Of a stretch of DNA of 35,596 nucleotides, positions 7,972-17,188 are shown piece after piece; position 1 is the first letter of the stretch; every line of letters starts with the position of its first letter. The stretch comes from Synechococcaceae bacterium WBB_10_009 (GTDB taxonomy: Bacteria; Cyanobacteriota; Cyanobacteriia; PCC-6307; Cyanobiaceae). A model generated the notes under the pieces. That model ran no database searches. It had not been told where the DNA came from and worked only from the letters and a program-made list of their open reading frames with translations. The stretch is taken from NCBI GenBank assembly GCA_010030955.1, contig RHBP01000001.1, positions 1-35,596 on the forward strand. Direction: 5' to 3'. A program made the position numbers and the translations under genes.

Positions 7972-8087
7972 TGGCCGCCCCCTCCAGGCCCTCCGGCCTC
8001 ACGATCAAGCTGCAGATCTTCGGTGCCGTGGTCGTGCCGATGCTGGCCCTGGGCCTCTGGCTCACCAGCAAGGGCTTCTTCAGCTAG
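7971..8087 (+). CDS. Small single-TM protein (38 aa)
   Basis: MAAPSRPSGLTIKLQIFGAVVVPMLALGLWLTSKGFFS; TGATG coupling to the nitroreductase. Confidence 0.6.
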   Translation: MAAPSRPSGLTIKLQIFGAVVVPMLALGLWLTSKGFFS

Positions 8088-9133
8088 CAGCAGGCGCCTG
8101 CGGCGGCCCCATCCGCTACCGCGGCACTGCGATCAAACGGGATGGCACTGCCGCAGCCCTCAAACAGGCCGTAGTGGCGCTCGAAATCACCGATGAAGGT
8201 GAAATGGGGCGCGAAGCGGCTCTGCTGCAGCATCCGGTAGGTGTTGCCGCACACCGGAAACACCCGGCCCGCCTCAAGGCTGTGGTGCTTGTCGAAGTCA
8301 AGCCGCTGGGGGGCTTCGGCGATGCCACCGCGGTAGATCACCGCCTGGCCGTGGTCTTCGCAGGCATCCTCGAGCTCAGGGATCTGGAACAGCCGGTAGG
8401 TGGCGGAATAGAAGCGGGCCTCCCCCACCAGGGCGGCCAGCTCCGGCGCCGTGATCGCCAGGGGCCGGTCGCTCACCAGCCGTGGATCGGCAAAGCCGGC
8501 GGTGCGGGCCAGCCGCAGGAAATCGTTCCAGTAGAGGGCACCCCCCAAGCATTCGCCGTAAAGCACCGGATGGCGGCGCACCGGCTCCGGCAGGCGCCGG
8601 TCGGCGTACACATCGGAGAAATAAAACTCGCCGCCGGGCTTGAGCAGCCGTTGCACCCCCCGCAACACCGCCGGCTTGTCGGTGGAGAGGTTGAGCACGC
8701 AGTTGCTCACGATCACATCGAAGCTGCCGGGCTCCAGATCCAGCGCCTCCAGCCGCTCGATCTGCCCCTCGAGCAGGCGCACGTTGTCGAAGCCGAACTG
8801 CTCGGCCTGAAACGGCTGATGCCGCCGCGCCACCGCCAGCTGCTCGGGGGTCATGTCGACCCCCACCACCGCACCGCCGGCCCCCACCAGCTGGGCCAAC
8901 AGGTACACATCGCGTCCACTGCCACAGCCCAGATCCAGCACCCGGCAGCCCTCGAGCAGGGGCGGGCACACCAGGCCGCAGCCGTAGTAGCGCTCGGTGA
9001 CCTCCGGATGCAGGCGCGCCAGCAATGGCTTCAGCCAGGCGGGCACCGCATCGGCATCACAGCAGGCACTGGTTTTGAGGTCGGCGCTGCTCTGCAGCTC
9101 CTGGCCGTAATAGGCCTGCACCAGCTCTTGCAT
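8084..9133 (-). CDS. arsM: Arsenite methyltransferase-like SAM methyltransferase (ArsM/AS3MT type)
   Basis: KTSACC, YYGCG, VLDLGCGSGRD, SNCVLN and GECLGGA conserved Cys and SAM motifs. Confidence 0.82.
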   Translation of the reverse strand: MQELVQAYYGQELQSSADLKTSACCDADAVPAWLKPLLARLHPEVTERYYGCGLVCPPLLEGCRVLDLGCGSGRDVYLLAQLVGAGGAVVGVDMTPEQLAVARRHQPFQAEQFGFDNVRLLEGQIERLEALDLEPGSFDVIVSNCVLNLSTDKPAVLRGVQRLLKPGGEFYFSDVYADRRLPEPVRRHPVLYGECLGGALYWNDFLRLARTAGFADPRLVSDRPLAITAPELAALVGEARFYSATYRLFQIPELEDACEDHGQAVIYRGGIAEAPQRLDFDKHHSLEAGRVFPVCGNTYRMLQQSRFAPHFTFIGDFERHYGLFEGCGSAIPFDRSAAVADGAAAGACC

Positions 9134-9220
9134 GGCATCACCGATCGCCTGGGGCCACCGTAGGCAGCTCGCGACGGCCCCAGGGCCCCCCTAGATTTTC
9201 AGCACAAGCCACAGCTCTTC

Positions 9221-9739
9221 ATGTTTGACGCTTTCACCAAGGTTGTTGCTCAGGCTGACGCCCGCGGCGAATTCCTGAACGCAGGTCAAATCGATGCTCT
9301 CTCCGCCATGGTGGCCGAGAGCAACAAGCGCATGGACACGGTGAACCGCATCACCTCCAACGCGTCCAAGATTGTGACCAACGCGGCCCGCGAGCTGTTC
9401 GACCAACAGCCTGCGCTGATCGCCCCCGGCGGCAACGCTTACACCCACCGCCGCATGGCTGCTTGCCTGCGCGACATGGAGATCGTTCTCCGCTACATCA
9501 CCTATGCGGTGTTCACCGGCGACGCTTCCGTGCTGGAAGACCGCTGCCTGAACGGCCTGCGTGAGACCTACCTGGCCCTGGGCGTTCCTGGCGCTTCCGT
9601 GGCTGAAGGCATCCGCAAGATGAAGGACGCCGCCATTGCGATCGCCAACGACCGCAACGGCATCACCCCCGGCGACTGCTCCGCTCTGATGAGCGAAGTG
9701 GGCACCTACTTCGATCGCGCCGCTGCTGCTGTTGCCTGA
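9221..9739 (+). CDS. cpcB: Phycocyanin beta subunit, stand-alone copy
   Basis: [24 protein letters not shown] (Asn72), AACLRD (Cys82), GDCSAL (Cys153); 172 aa. Confidence 0.97.
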   Translation: MFDAFTKVVAQADARGEFLNAGQIDALSAMVAESNKRMDTVNRITSNASKIVTNAARELFDQQPALIAPGGNAYTHRRMAACLRDMEIVLRYITYAVFTGDASVLEDRCLNGLRETYLALGVPGASVAEGIRKMKDAAIAIANDRNGITPGDCSALMSEVGTYFDRAAAAVA

Positions 9740-10107
9740 TCGGGATCCTCCGGCAGGCCTTTCCACAGCAGGGCCGTTCGGCGGGCCCAAAGCAGCAGTG
9801 GATAGAGGCGCCGGGCCCGGGGCGGCGCAGAGAACAGCTGGCGCAGCAAGGCCAAGAGCGGATCGCTGGGGTTGAGCCGCCCGCAGACCTCAGCGATGGC
9901 CTCGGCCCCATGCCAGGCCTGCTCCCCCTCCAGCAGCACCGCCCCGCGGGCCAGATCCAAACCCCGGGCGTTGAGCTGGCTGCGCAGGCCATGGTCGGCG
10001 CGGCCATCACGGATCTCCAGCTCCGGCACGCCGCCCACCAACTCGCTGCGCAGGGCGAAGTGGCGGCAGAAGGGGCAGCCGCCGTCGTACACGAGGGTGA
10101 GGGCCAT
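9706..10107 (-). CDS. DCC1-like thiol-disulfide oxidoreductase (DUF393)
   Basis: N-terminal [10 protein letters not shown] (DxxCxxC); 3' end overlaps cpcB by 34 nt. Confidence 0.85.
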   Translation of the reverse strand: MALTLVYDGGCPFCRHFALRSELVGGVPELEIRDGRADHGLRSQLNARGLDLARGAVLLEGEQAWHGAEAIAEVCGRLNPSDPLLALLRQLFSAPPRARRLYPLLLWARRTALLWKGLPEDPDQATAAAARSK

Positions 10108-10139
10108 TGCGCCATCCTGGCGATCGCTGCAGCCATGCC

Positions 10140-10508
10140 GTGACCCCGTTGCTGAGCCTTCTGCTGGCACTGCTGCTGCCGCTGATCGGGTGGCTCAGCA
10201 CGGCGGCCCCTGCGGCGGCCGCCACTGCTGAGCATTACCGCTGCGGTGGAGATCCGTTGGTGGCGGAGGTGCACGCCGGTGCGGTGGATGCCCCAGGCAT
10301 TCCCAACGCTGCGGCCGGCACCGTTCCCGGCGATTTCATCGTGTTGCGCTGGCGCGGCGTGAGCCTGCAGCTGCCGCGCACCAACAACGCCGGCACCCCC
10401 AGCTACAGCGACGGGCGCTGGTGGTGGCAGGCCCTCGATCCCCAACATCCCGACTTCGCCCAGCGCCGCGGCGACTGGGAGGCCTACCGCTGCGACCCCT
10501 CGGCATGA
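10140..10508 (+). CDS. Exported hypothetical protein, possibly MliC/PliC-like fold
   Basis: Signal peptide, YRC...LPRTNNAGTPSYSDGRWWW...YRC with terminal Cys pair. Confidence 0.65.
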   Translation: MTPLLSLLLALLLPLIGWLSTAAPAAAATAEHYRCGGDPLVAEVHAGAVDAPGIPNAAAGTVPGDFIVLRWRGVSLQLPRTNNAGTPSYSDGRWWWQALDPQHPDFAQRRGDWEAYRCDPSA

Positions 10509-11071
10509 GTGCGGATCTGCCCCCCTGGCGCCCGCTGCTGCGGGCGGCGCGCCACCGGGAGGGGCGATCGCCCCAGGCCCGCTGGCTGCAGCTGGCCACC
10601 GTGGCCGCCGACGGCAGTCCCCGGGTTCGCACCCTGGTGTTCCGCGGCTGGGCCGGCGGCGCCGCGCTGGATCTGCTCACCGATGGCCGCAGCACCAAAA
10701 GCGCCGAACTGCGGGTTCAGCCGCAGGTGGAGCTGTGCTGGCTGCTGCCCAAGGCACGCTGCCAATTCCGGCTGCGGGGCGAGCGGCAGCAGCTGAGCCC
10801 CGAGGCCGCCCTCGCCGCCAGCCAGCAACATTGGCAACGGCTCAACCCCGGAGCGCGGGCGTTGTGGGGCTGGCCCCAACCAGGTGCGCCCCTCGAGGTG
10901 GGAGCACCGTTCCCGGCGGAGCTGGCCGATGGCACTCCCCTGCCCGACGCATTCGAGCTGGTGCGCATCGAGGTGAAACAGGTGGAGCTGCTGGAGCTCA
11001 CGGGCCACCCCCACCAGAGGCGCCGCTGGAGGGCCGATCAGGGCTGGGGGGAAGAACGGCTTAACCCTTGA
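10505..11071 (+). CDS. Pyridoxamine 5'-phosphate oxidase-related FMN-binding protein
   Basis: LQLATV...PRVRTLVFRG, TDGRSTK, QFRLRG and C-terminal LNP. Confidence 0.88.
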   Translation: MSADLPPWRPLLRAARHREGRSPQARWLQLATVAADGSPRVRTLVFRGWAGGAALDLLTDGRSTKSAELRVQPQVELCWLLPKARCQFRLRGERQQLSPEAALAASQQHWQRLNPGARALWGWPQPGAPLEVGAPFPAELADGTPLPDAFELVRIEVKQVELLELTGHPHQRRRWRADQGWGEERLNP

Positions 11072-11229
11072 ACCCTCCAAGAGTTGGTCAGCCTTAGCCA
11101 AGGCCTGGAGACGCTCCGAACTGCAGGCACAGAGGCCTCAAATGCACCGGAGAGTGGATCTCATCCGCCGCCGCAACCTCAAGGGCTCCCTCCGCCAGCG
11201 GGATCGCGATGCCCTGGGGGACACTCCGC

Positions 11230-11640
11230 TCAACCCTTGAGCTGTTGCTCCAGCGCCGCCAAGCGTTGGCTGTTCACCCCCAGGTCGGAATCGCCGAGGC
11301 GCGACACCGAGCGCGCCTGCACCACCCCGGCGGCCGGGTCGGCATAGAGCTCGAGGTCGTCGACAAAGCCAAACAAGGCACTGGTGGCGGTGGCGTGCAG
11401 GTAACCATCCCCCTGCTCCACGATCGCGGTGCGCGGCGTCGCCGCCACCACCGGCACCAGGGCCTCCAAGGCCGCCCCGGGATCGGCCACTGGCCAGTCG
11501 ACCCTGGCGCAATGGGCGGGGGAAGGGCAGGGGGCCAGAGCGCCGTTGTGCACCCCCAGGTCGGCGGGCACCGGGCCCACCAGATGGAACAGGGCCATCG
11601 TCAGCACCAGAAACCAATGGGGCATGGCAAGGGGCTCCAC
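11230..11640 (-). CDS. DUF1499 domain protein
   Basis: LAPCPSPAHC, FGFVDDLEL and RSVSRLGDSDLGVN. Confidence 0.9.
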   Translation of the reverse strand: MEPLAMPHWFLVLTMALFHLVGPVPADLGVHNGALAPCPSPAHCARVDWPVADPGAALEALVPVVAATPRTAIVEQGDGYLHATATSALFGFVDDLELYADPAAGVVQARSVSRLGDSDLGVNSQRLAALEQQLKG

Positions 11641-11686
11641 TGCGGCAGGGCCTGAAAGCTACCTTGGGCGCCCCAGCGCCCGCGCC

Positions 11687-12373
11687 ATGACGGCACCGCA
11701 GCCCCTCCTGCAGCGCTTGAGCCTGATCCCGGGCATGGAACCCGGCCAACGGCGGCTGGTGCTGCTGCTCAGCCAGCTGGGCGATTTCGATTCGATGGAG
11801 TATGCCCAGGCGCTGGTGCCGGCGCTGCCCCGTCTGGAGGCGGCGGGCATCAGCACCTGTGCCATCGCCATCGGCGATGGCGCCGGGGCGGAGCGCTTCT
11901 GCGCCTTCACCGGTTTCCCCCGCGGCGCCCTGCAGGTGCAGGCCGACGCCGCACTGCACCAGGCCCTGGGGCTCTATGCCGGGCTGCAAACCCCGGGGGG
12001 CCCCTGGCCCGCTCTGCTGCTGATGTGCGCGGGCATCGGCTCCCCGGGCACCCTGCAGGAGGTGCTGCGCGGCTACACGGGCGATCGCAACGCCCCGCAG
12101 CGGCTCAACCTGCCCCTGTTCCGCGCCGCAGGCGGCGAAGGGTTTCAGCGGCCGTTTGAGCTGGCCACGGTGCGGCTGCAAAACATGGTGGAGGTGCTCG
12201 GGAATTGGCGCACCTACGTGCCCCGCGATGACTTCATCACCCAGCGGGGCGGCACCTTCCTGCTGGAGGCCGACGACACACTGCTCTACAGCCACCGCGA
12301 CCGCGGCATCCTCGGCTTCTCCGCCACCATGAACCGGCCGCTGGCCTTCCTCGAACCGTTCCTGGGAGACTGA
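11687..12373 (+). CDS. AhpC/TSA-like (peroxiredoxin-like) protein
   Basis: QLGDFDSMEYAQ, RPFELATVRL and TQRGGTFL match the cyanobacterial/plastid AhpC-TSA_2-type family as recalled. Confidence 0.82.
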   Translation: MTAPQPLLQRLSLIPGMEPGQRRLVLLLSQLGDFDSMEYAQALVPALPRLEAAGISTCAIAIGDGAGAERFCAFTGFPRGALQVQADAALHQALGLYAGLQTPGGPWPALLLMCAGIGSPGTLQEVLRGYTGDRNAPQRLNLPLFRAAGGEGFQRPFELATVRLQNMVEVLGNWRTYVPRDDFITQRGGTFLLEADDTLLYSHRDRGILGFSATMNRPLAFLEPFLGD

Positions 12374-12399
12374 ATCAACCGACCAGCCGCACGGCCGCC

Positions 12400-12615
12400 A
12401 TGTCCCTCGATCAGCTCAAGGCGTTCCTGGCCCAGATGCAACGGGATGAGGCCCTCAAGAGTCAGGTGTTGGCGGCCGCCACCGCCGATGACGTGGCCCA
12501 GATCGGGCTGAAGCTGGGCTTCGAATTTTCCGGAGACGAACTGCTGCGGGTGTCGGGCCAGCGGTTCGACCGCGTCACCGTGCGCAAAAACGACATCCCC
12601 GGGGAATACAACTGA
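12400..12615 (+). CDS. Nif11-like leader peptide family protein
   Basis: MSLDQLKAFL...L...AA..DDV..I...GFEFS.DEL follows the Nif11/ProcA leader pattern. Confidence 0.85.
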   Translation: MSLDQLKAFLAQMQRDEALKSQVLAAATADDVAQIGLKLGFEFSGDELLRVSGQRFDRVTVRKNDIPGEYN

Positions 12616-13373
12616 TGGCCTGCTTCAGGATGCGCATGCGCTCCATCCGCCCAGTTGCCATAGCCCTGCTGGCCTCCGCCGCACTTGGCACCGTTGCCGT
12701 TGGCGCAGCCAACGGCCATGGACAAGCCGCTGCCCCAGCCCCAGCCCTGGAGGCCGACACCCGCAGCTACATCGGCACCTGGGCCCTGGGCGACAGCAAC
12801 AACAACCTGTTCAACGTGCGCCTGTTTCCCGGCGGCAAAGCGGTGAGCACCGCGGGGATCCAGGGCACCCTGGCCGCCGGCGCCCGCCAGAGCAGCGCTG
12901 ATCAGCTGCGTGAACTGGGCCGCTGGGTGGCCTGGGGCAATGGTGTGCGCATCGACTACACCGACGGCTGGAGCGATTGGCTCTATGTGGGCCCGGAGGG
13001 GCTGAGCCATGCGTCCTGGCAACCGGGCCAAAACCGAGCCACTGTGCCAACCAACTTCGGCCCCGCCGTGAAGCTCAGCGGCACCCTGGCGGAGGTTGTG
13101 GGGGTGTACCGCTTTCCGCCGGCACAACAAAACCTCAAGCCCTACACCGCCACCTTGCTCTCCAACGGGCAAGCGTTCAACGACATCGACGACCGCACCG
13201 GTGGCGTGTGGATCCTGGAGGGCAGCACCGTGGTGATCGATTGGATCAGCGGCTGGCGCACCACCATGAGCATCAACCCCGCCACGCCCTTGCAGTTGCG
13301 CCACTGGGCCCCCAACAGCGACCGCCAAGGCCCGCCCACGGGGGGCGTGCGCCAAGGCCAACGGATCGAATGA
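12615..13373 (+). CDS. Exported hypothetical protein with an internal two-domain repeat
   Basis: Signal-like N-terminus; GRW...VRIDYTDGWSD and GVW...VVIDWISGWRT are similar halves. Confidence 0.75.
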   Translation: MACFRMRMRSIRPVAIALLASAALGTVAVGAANGHGQAAAPAPALEADTRSYIGTWALGDSNNNLFNVRLFPGGKAVSTAGIQGTLAAGARQSSADQLRELGRWVAWGNGVRIDYTDGWSDWLYVGPEGLSHASWQPGQNRATVPTNFGPAVKLSGTLAEVVGVYRFPPAQQNLKPYTATLLSNGQAFNDIDDRTGGVWILEGSTVVIDWISGWRTTMSINPATPLQLRHWAPNSDRQGPPTGGVRQGQRIE

Positions 13374-14572
13374 AGCTCACGCCAACCCCCACCTTGCGGA
13401 TCCCCATGAACCGCCCCCTGGCCCTGGGCACCGCCGTGCTGATGGCCGTTGGCCTGGCATCAACCACCGCCCGTGCCCAGCAGGCCCAGCCCCCGCAGCC
13501 ACAACCGCCGCTGGAGCCGTTTCGAGGTGTCACCGGCACCGGCACGGTGGAGCCCGGCCTGTTTCCCCTGCGCCGCACAGGCCTGCGCTTGGAGCCGATG
13601 CGCGAGGCGGCCAGCGCGTTTCTCGACGCGCTGACGCCGGCCCAACGGGCGCAGACCCAATTCCCCCTGCACAGCGATGTGCGCCGGCGGTGGAACAACG
13701 TGTCTTCGGCGCCGCGTTTCGGGCTCTCCTATGCGGAGATGTCAGCGGTGCAACGGCAACGGGCCGATGGCCTGCTGCGGGCGTTTCTCTCGGCCGAGGG
13801 ATACCGCCAGAGCAAAGCGATCATGTTGATCAACGGCTACCTGGCGGAGGCCACGGGCAACAGCACCCGCTACGGGGCCGATCAGTTTTGGATCACCGTC
13901 TTCGGAACACCCTCCCAGACGGAGCCCTGGGCCTGGCGCCTGGAGGGGCATCACCTGGTGCTGTTCGTCTCCGTGGTGGGTGATCAGGTGGTGATGACCC
14001 CCACCTTCATGGGCGCAGAACCCACGCGCATTCCCAGCGGCATCCACCGCGGGGTGAGTGTGATGGGCCGTGAGGAGGCCGCCGGTCGCGCCCTGATCCA
14101 ATCGCTCAGCCCGGCCCAAAACCGCCAGGCGCAGCTCAGCGCCAACAAACAGGGGAGCGACATCCTCACCGAGGCCTACAAAGACAACGCCGTTGTGCCC
14201 CCCGCGGGGATCAGTGCCCAGCAACTCTCCAGCCGCCAACGGCAACTGTTGCTCGCGGTTGTCAAAAGCTATGCCGATCAATACCGCCAGGAGCTATCCG
14301 CGCAACGGCTGCGCGAGGTGGAGCGCCACCTGGATCACACCCGCTTTGCCTGGATCGGCCGAAACGGCGCCGACGCACCGATCTACTACCGCATCCAAAG
14401 CCCGGTGGTGCTGATCGAATTCGACCAGCAACGGGCGGTGTCGCTGCCCGGCGACCCCAACACCCCCCTGCGCACCCACGTGCACACGGTGGTGCGCACC
14501 CCCAATGGCAACGATTACGGCGCCGACCTGCTGCGCCAACACCTGCTGGAGCACCACCGCAGCAGCCCCTGA
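13370..14572 (+). CDS. DUF3500 domain protein, exported
   Basis: VFGTPS..PWAWRLEGHH, TPTFMGAEP, YYRIQSPVVLIEFD and HVHTVVRTPNGNDYG; ATGA overlap with the upstream gene. Confidence 0.85.
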   Translation: MKLTPTPTLRIPMNRPLALGTAVLMAVGLASTTARAQQAQPPQPQPPLEPFRGVTGTGTVEPGLFPLRRTGLRLEPMREAASAFLDALTPAQRAQTQFPLHSDVRRRWNNVSSAPRFGLSYAEMSAVQRQRADGLLRAFLSAEGYRQSKAIMLINGYLAEATGNSTRYGADQFWITVFGTPSQTEPWAWRLEGHHLVLFVSVVGDQVVMTPTFMGAEPTRIPSGIHRGVSVMGREEAAGRALIQSLSPAQNRQAQLSANKQGSDILTEAYKDNAVVPPAGISAQQLSSRQRQLLLAVVKSYADQYRQELSAQRLREVERHLDHTRFAWIGRNGADAPIYYRIQSPVVLIEFDQQRAVSLPGDPNTPLRTHVHTVVRTPNGNDYGADLLRQHLLEHHRSSP

Positions 14573-14962
14573 TCAGCCCAGGGGCACGTACTGCAGCGGC
14601 TGCCGCGGCTCCTGCGCCAACTGCCACACCCCTGAGGCGATCTGCCGCAAGCCCTGCAGCAGCGCCGCCGTGTCACCGCTGTTCAACCAGGCGGCCTTCA
14701 GGGCCGGCAGCTGCTCCTGCAGCGCCTCGATCGGCACGGTGATCAGCAGCAGGCTCTGGTCCGCCGCGGCCCGCCGCAGGGGGCCCTGGTCGCTGCGCTG
14801 CCACACCCGCATCAGCAGGTCGAGGGCCAGCTGATGGCCCACCGCACCGGGATCGGCATCGGGGGCCAGCGGTTCCCGCAGGGATTTGCCCTGCAGGGGC
14901 AGCGCTCGCCCCTCCCCCTGCTCCAGCAGAGCCAGGGCAATCAGGTAGGGGGCGTCAGCCAT
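14573..14962 (-). CDS. Conserved hypothetical protein
   Basis: [12 protein letters not shown]...RALPL.GKS...LLMRVWQRS; overlaps the thiD stop, so probably co-transcribed. Confidence 0.75.
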   Translation of the reverse strand: MADAPYLIALALLEQGEGRALPLQGKSLREPLAPDADPGAVGHQLALDLLMRVWQRSDQGPLRRAAADQSLLLITVPIEALQEQLPALKAAWLNSGDTAALLQGLRQIASGVWQLAQEPRQPLQYVPLG

Positions 14963-15761
14963 GGGCCTCGAGCAAGGGATGCCAGTGACACAGTGGACCC
15001 TGGCCGGCCCCGATGGCCAGCGCATGGCGCAGGCCCCCCTCCACATAGGCCTTCGCCGCCTGCACCGCCTCGAGCAGCGGCAGCCCCCGGGCCCGCCCCG
15101 CCGTGATCGCCGCCCCGAGGGTGCAGCCGCTGCCATGGGTGTGGGGGGTGTCCACCGCGATGCTGCGCAGCCAAGTGCCTGCCCCATCCCTCGGCAGCAG
15201 GTAGTCGTGGCCGCGCAACGAGGGCAGCCCGCCCCCTTTGATCAACACCGCCGCCGGCCCCAGCTCCAGCAGCAGGGCGGCGGCGCGCTCCACCGCAGCG
15301 GCATCGTCGAGCCCATCGCCACCGCCCAGGAGCCGAGCCTCGTGCAGGTTGGGGGTGATCAGCTCGGCCTGGGGCAGCAGCAGCTGGCGGTAGGCCTCGA
15401 TGGCGTCGGCCTCCAGCAACGGCGAGCCGGCGCGGGACACCATCACCGGATCGATCAGCTTGGGCAGCGCCAGGGGCTCGAGGGCAGCGGCGGTGGCCTC
15501 GATCAGGCCGCGGTTGAGCAGCATGCCCGTCTTGATGGCAGCCACCGGCAGGTCGCCGCAGACCGCCTCCACCTGGGCCAGCACGGACGCGGGCGGCAGC
15601 GGGTCGACCCGCGTCACCCCACAGGTGTTCTGCGCCGTGACGCAGGTGATCGCCGAGCAGCCGTGCACCTGCAAGGCCAGGAAGGTTTTGAGGTCGGCCT
15701 GGATGCCGGCGCCACCACCGGAATCACTGCCACCGATCGTCAGGGCGATCGCGGGGGGCAT
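14955..15761 (-). CDS. thiD: Hydroxymethylpyrimidine/phosphomethylpyrimidine kinase
   Basis: [33 protein letters not shown] and THGSGCTL. Confidence 0.96.
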   Translation of the reverse strand: MPPAIALTIGGSDSGGGAGIQADLKTFLALQVHGCSAITCVTAQNTCGVTRVDPLPPASVLAQVEAVCGDLPVAAIKTGMLLNRGLIEATAAALEPLALPKLIDPVMVSRAGSPLLEADAIEAYRQLLLPQAELITPNLHEARLLGGGDGLDDAAAVERAAALLLELGPAAVLIKGGGLPSLRGHDYLLPRDGAGTWLRSIAVDTPHTHGSGCTLGAAITAGRARGLPLLEAVQAAKAYVEGGLRHALAIGAGQGPLCHWHPLLEAHG

Positions 15762-15984
15762 CCAAGCGGGGCAGCTCACGGAATCCTGCATCAACCGCCG
15801 CCAGCGCCGCCGCCACGCCCACCACCGCCAGCAGCAGCCAGCGCCAGGGGAAGCGCCCCTGGGCCAAAACGGGGCGCCCCCGCCGCCTGGCACCCAGCGG
15901 CGTGCCGCAGCGGCCGCACACCAGCCGCCCCGCCAGGCTGCGATCCGCCCGCACCGATCCGCTGCCGCAACGGGGGCACGCCAC
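15724..15984 (-). CDS. Small zinc-ribbon membrane-anchored protein
   Basis: CPRC...[16 protein letters not shown] followed by a hydrophobic helix; sits in an operon-like string. Confidence 0.7.
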   Translation of the reverse strand: MACPRCGSGSVRADRSLAGRLVCGRCGTPLGARRRGRPVLAQGRFPWRWLLLAVVGVAAALAAVDAGFRELPRLDAPRDRPDDRWQ

Positions 15985-16473
15985 CTACGCCAGGCGCCAC
16001 AGGGCCAGCCCGCCGCCGCGGCCCCGGGCCGCCAGCCAGCCGCTGGCATCGCGGGCGATCAGGGCAAAAAACGGCCACCGCTGCGGGGCCGGCTCCGGCA
16101 GGGTGCGCTGCAGCAGCACCCGCCCGCCGAGGCTGAGCTGCAGCCGCTGAAAGCTGAACTGCAGCAGCGGCCGGCTCCCCTGCAGGCGGCCCAGCCCGGA
16201 AAACCGCAACTCCACGGGGCCGAGCGTGACGGCATTGCTGAGGGCGAGCGCGCCGGGGCCGCCGGCACCGGCCTCAGGGGCCGTGATCTCCAGGCGGGCC
16301 TGCACCGCCCGCAGCAACGCGCCACTGAAGGCCGAGGGCCGCGGGCTGCCCTTGGGCCACACCTGATCCAGCCGCCAGCACCCCAGCAGCTGGGGGGCCT
16401 CCAGGCCGCTGCCATGGCGGCGCACCTGGCGCTCCAACGCCAGCAACTCGGCACCGGTGGGCAGGGCGCTCAT
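15985..16473 (-). CDS. Conserved hypothetical protein (possible lipocalin/fibrillin-like barrel)
   Basis: LLGCWRL N-terminal motif and [12 protein letters not shown]-terminus; overlaps the upstream stop. Confidence 0.65.
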   Translation of the reverse strand: MSALPTGAELLALERQVRRHGSGLEAPQLLGCWRLDQVWPKGSPRPSAFSGALLRAVQARLEITAPEAGAGGPGALALSNAVTLGPVELRFSGLGRLQGSRPLLQFSFQRLQLSLGGRVLLQRTLPEPAPQRWPFFALIARDASGWLAARGRGGGLALWRLA

Positions 16474-17120
16474 TCGGGCTTGGTGGCGATCACGGCAAAG
16501 AAGGGGTCGCCGGCGCCCCCCACCAGCCCCTTCCACCCCTTGGCCCGGGTGGATTCCGCCACGATCTCCGGCTTGGGCCAGCCCTGGGCCATCAACACCT
16601 CCGCCACGTAGGCGAGGTGATCCCTATCGCTGCCGTCGGCCCACACCTGCGGGGCCTTGGTGAAAAACATGCGGTTGGAGAAGGCCACGATCAGCTGCCC
16701 CCCGGGCCGGGTGATCCGCAGCAGCTCGGCGGCCACCGCCTCCGGGTATTGCAGGTACTGCCAGCCCGCCACCATCAAGCTGGCATCCACGCTGGCGCTG
16801 GGGAGGGGGATCTCCTGGTTGCGGTTGAGGTTCTGCAGCCAATGGCTATCGAGCCGGGGGTTGGCGGCCAGCTCCTTCTCGTTGAGCCCATGGCCAATCA
16901 CCCGCTCGTACACGCCGTCGTCGGGCAGGTGCGACACCCAGCTCGACATCAGATCCAGCACCACCGCCTTGCGGGGGATGCGCTCGCGGTAGAGCTGGGT
17001 GAGCCGCTCGCGGAAGGCGTCGTCGAGGTGCTGCACGAAGCGGGGCTCGGCATAGAACAGCTGGTCGTCGCTGCTGTCCCACTTGCGGCGCTGCGCCTCG
17101 CTGAGCACCGAAACCGCCAC
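16470..17120 (-). CDS. Class I SAM-dependent methyltransferase
   Basis: [25 protein letters not shown] and [10 protein letters not shown]. Confidence 0.88.
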   Translation of the reverse strand: MAVSVLSEAQRRKWDSSDDQLFYAEPRFVQHLDDAFRERLTQLYRERIPRKAVVLDLMSSWVSHLPDDGVYERVIGHGLNEKELAANPRLDSHWLQNLNRNQEIPLPSASVDASLMVAGWQYLQYPEAVAAELLRITRPGGQLIVAFSNRMFFTKAPQVWADGSDRDHLAYVAEVLMAQGWPKPEIVAESTRAKGWKGLVGGAGDPFFAVIATKPE

Positions 17121-17188
17121 CGCCCGCTTGCAAACGGCGCTGACCCTAACGGGCCAGACTGGCCATGGCCGATGGCTCCGCAGCAACC

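Noticed and set aside
12400-12615. Prochlorosin/lanthipeptide precursor
   Set aside because: The core has no Cys and no LanM or transporter is present in the window.
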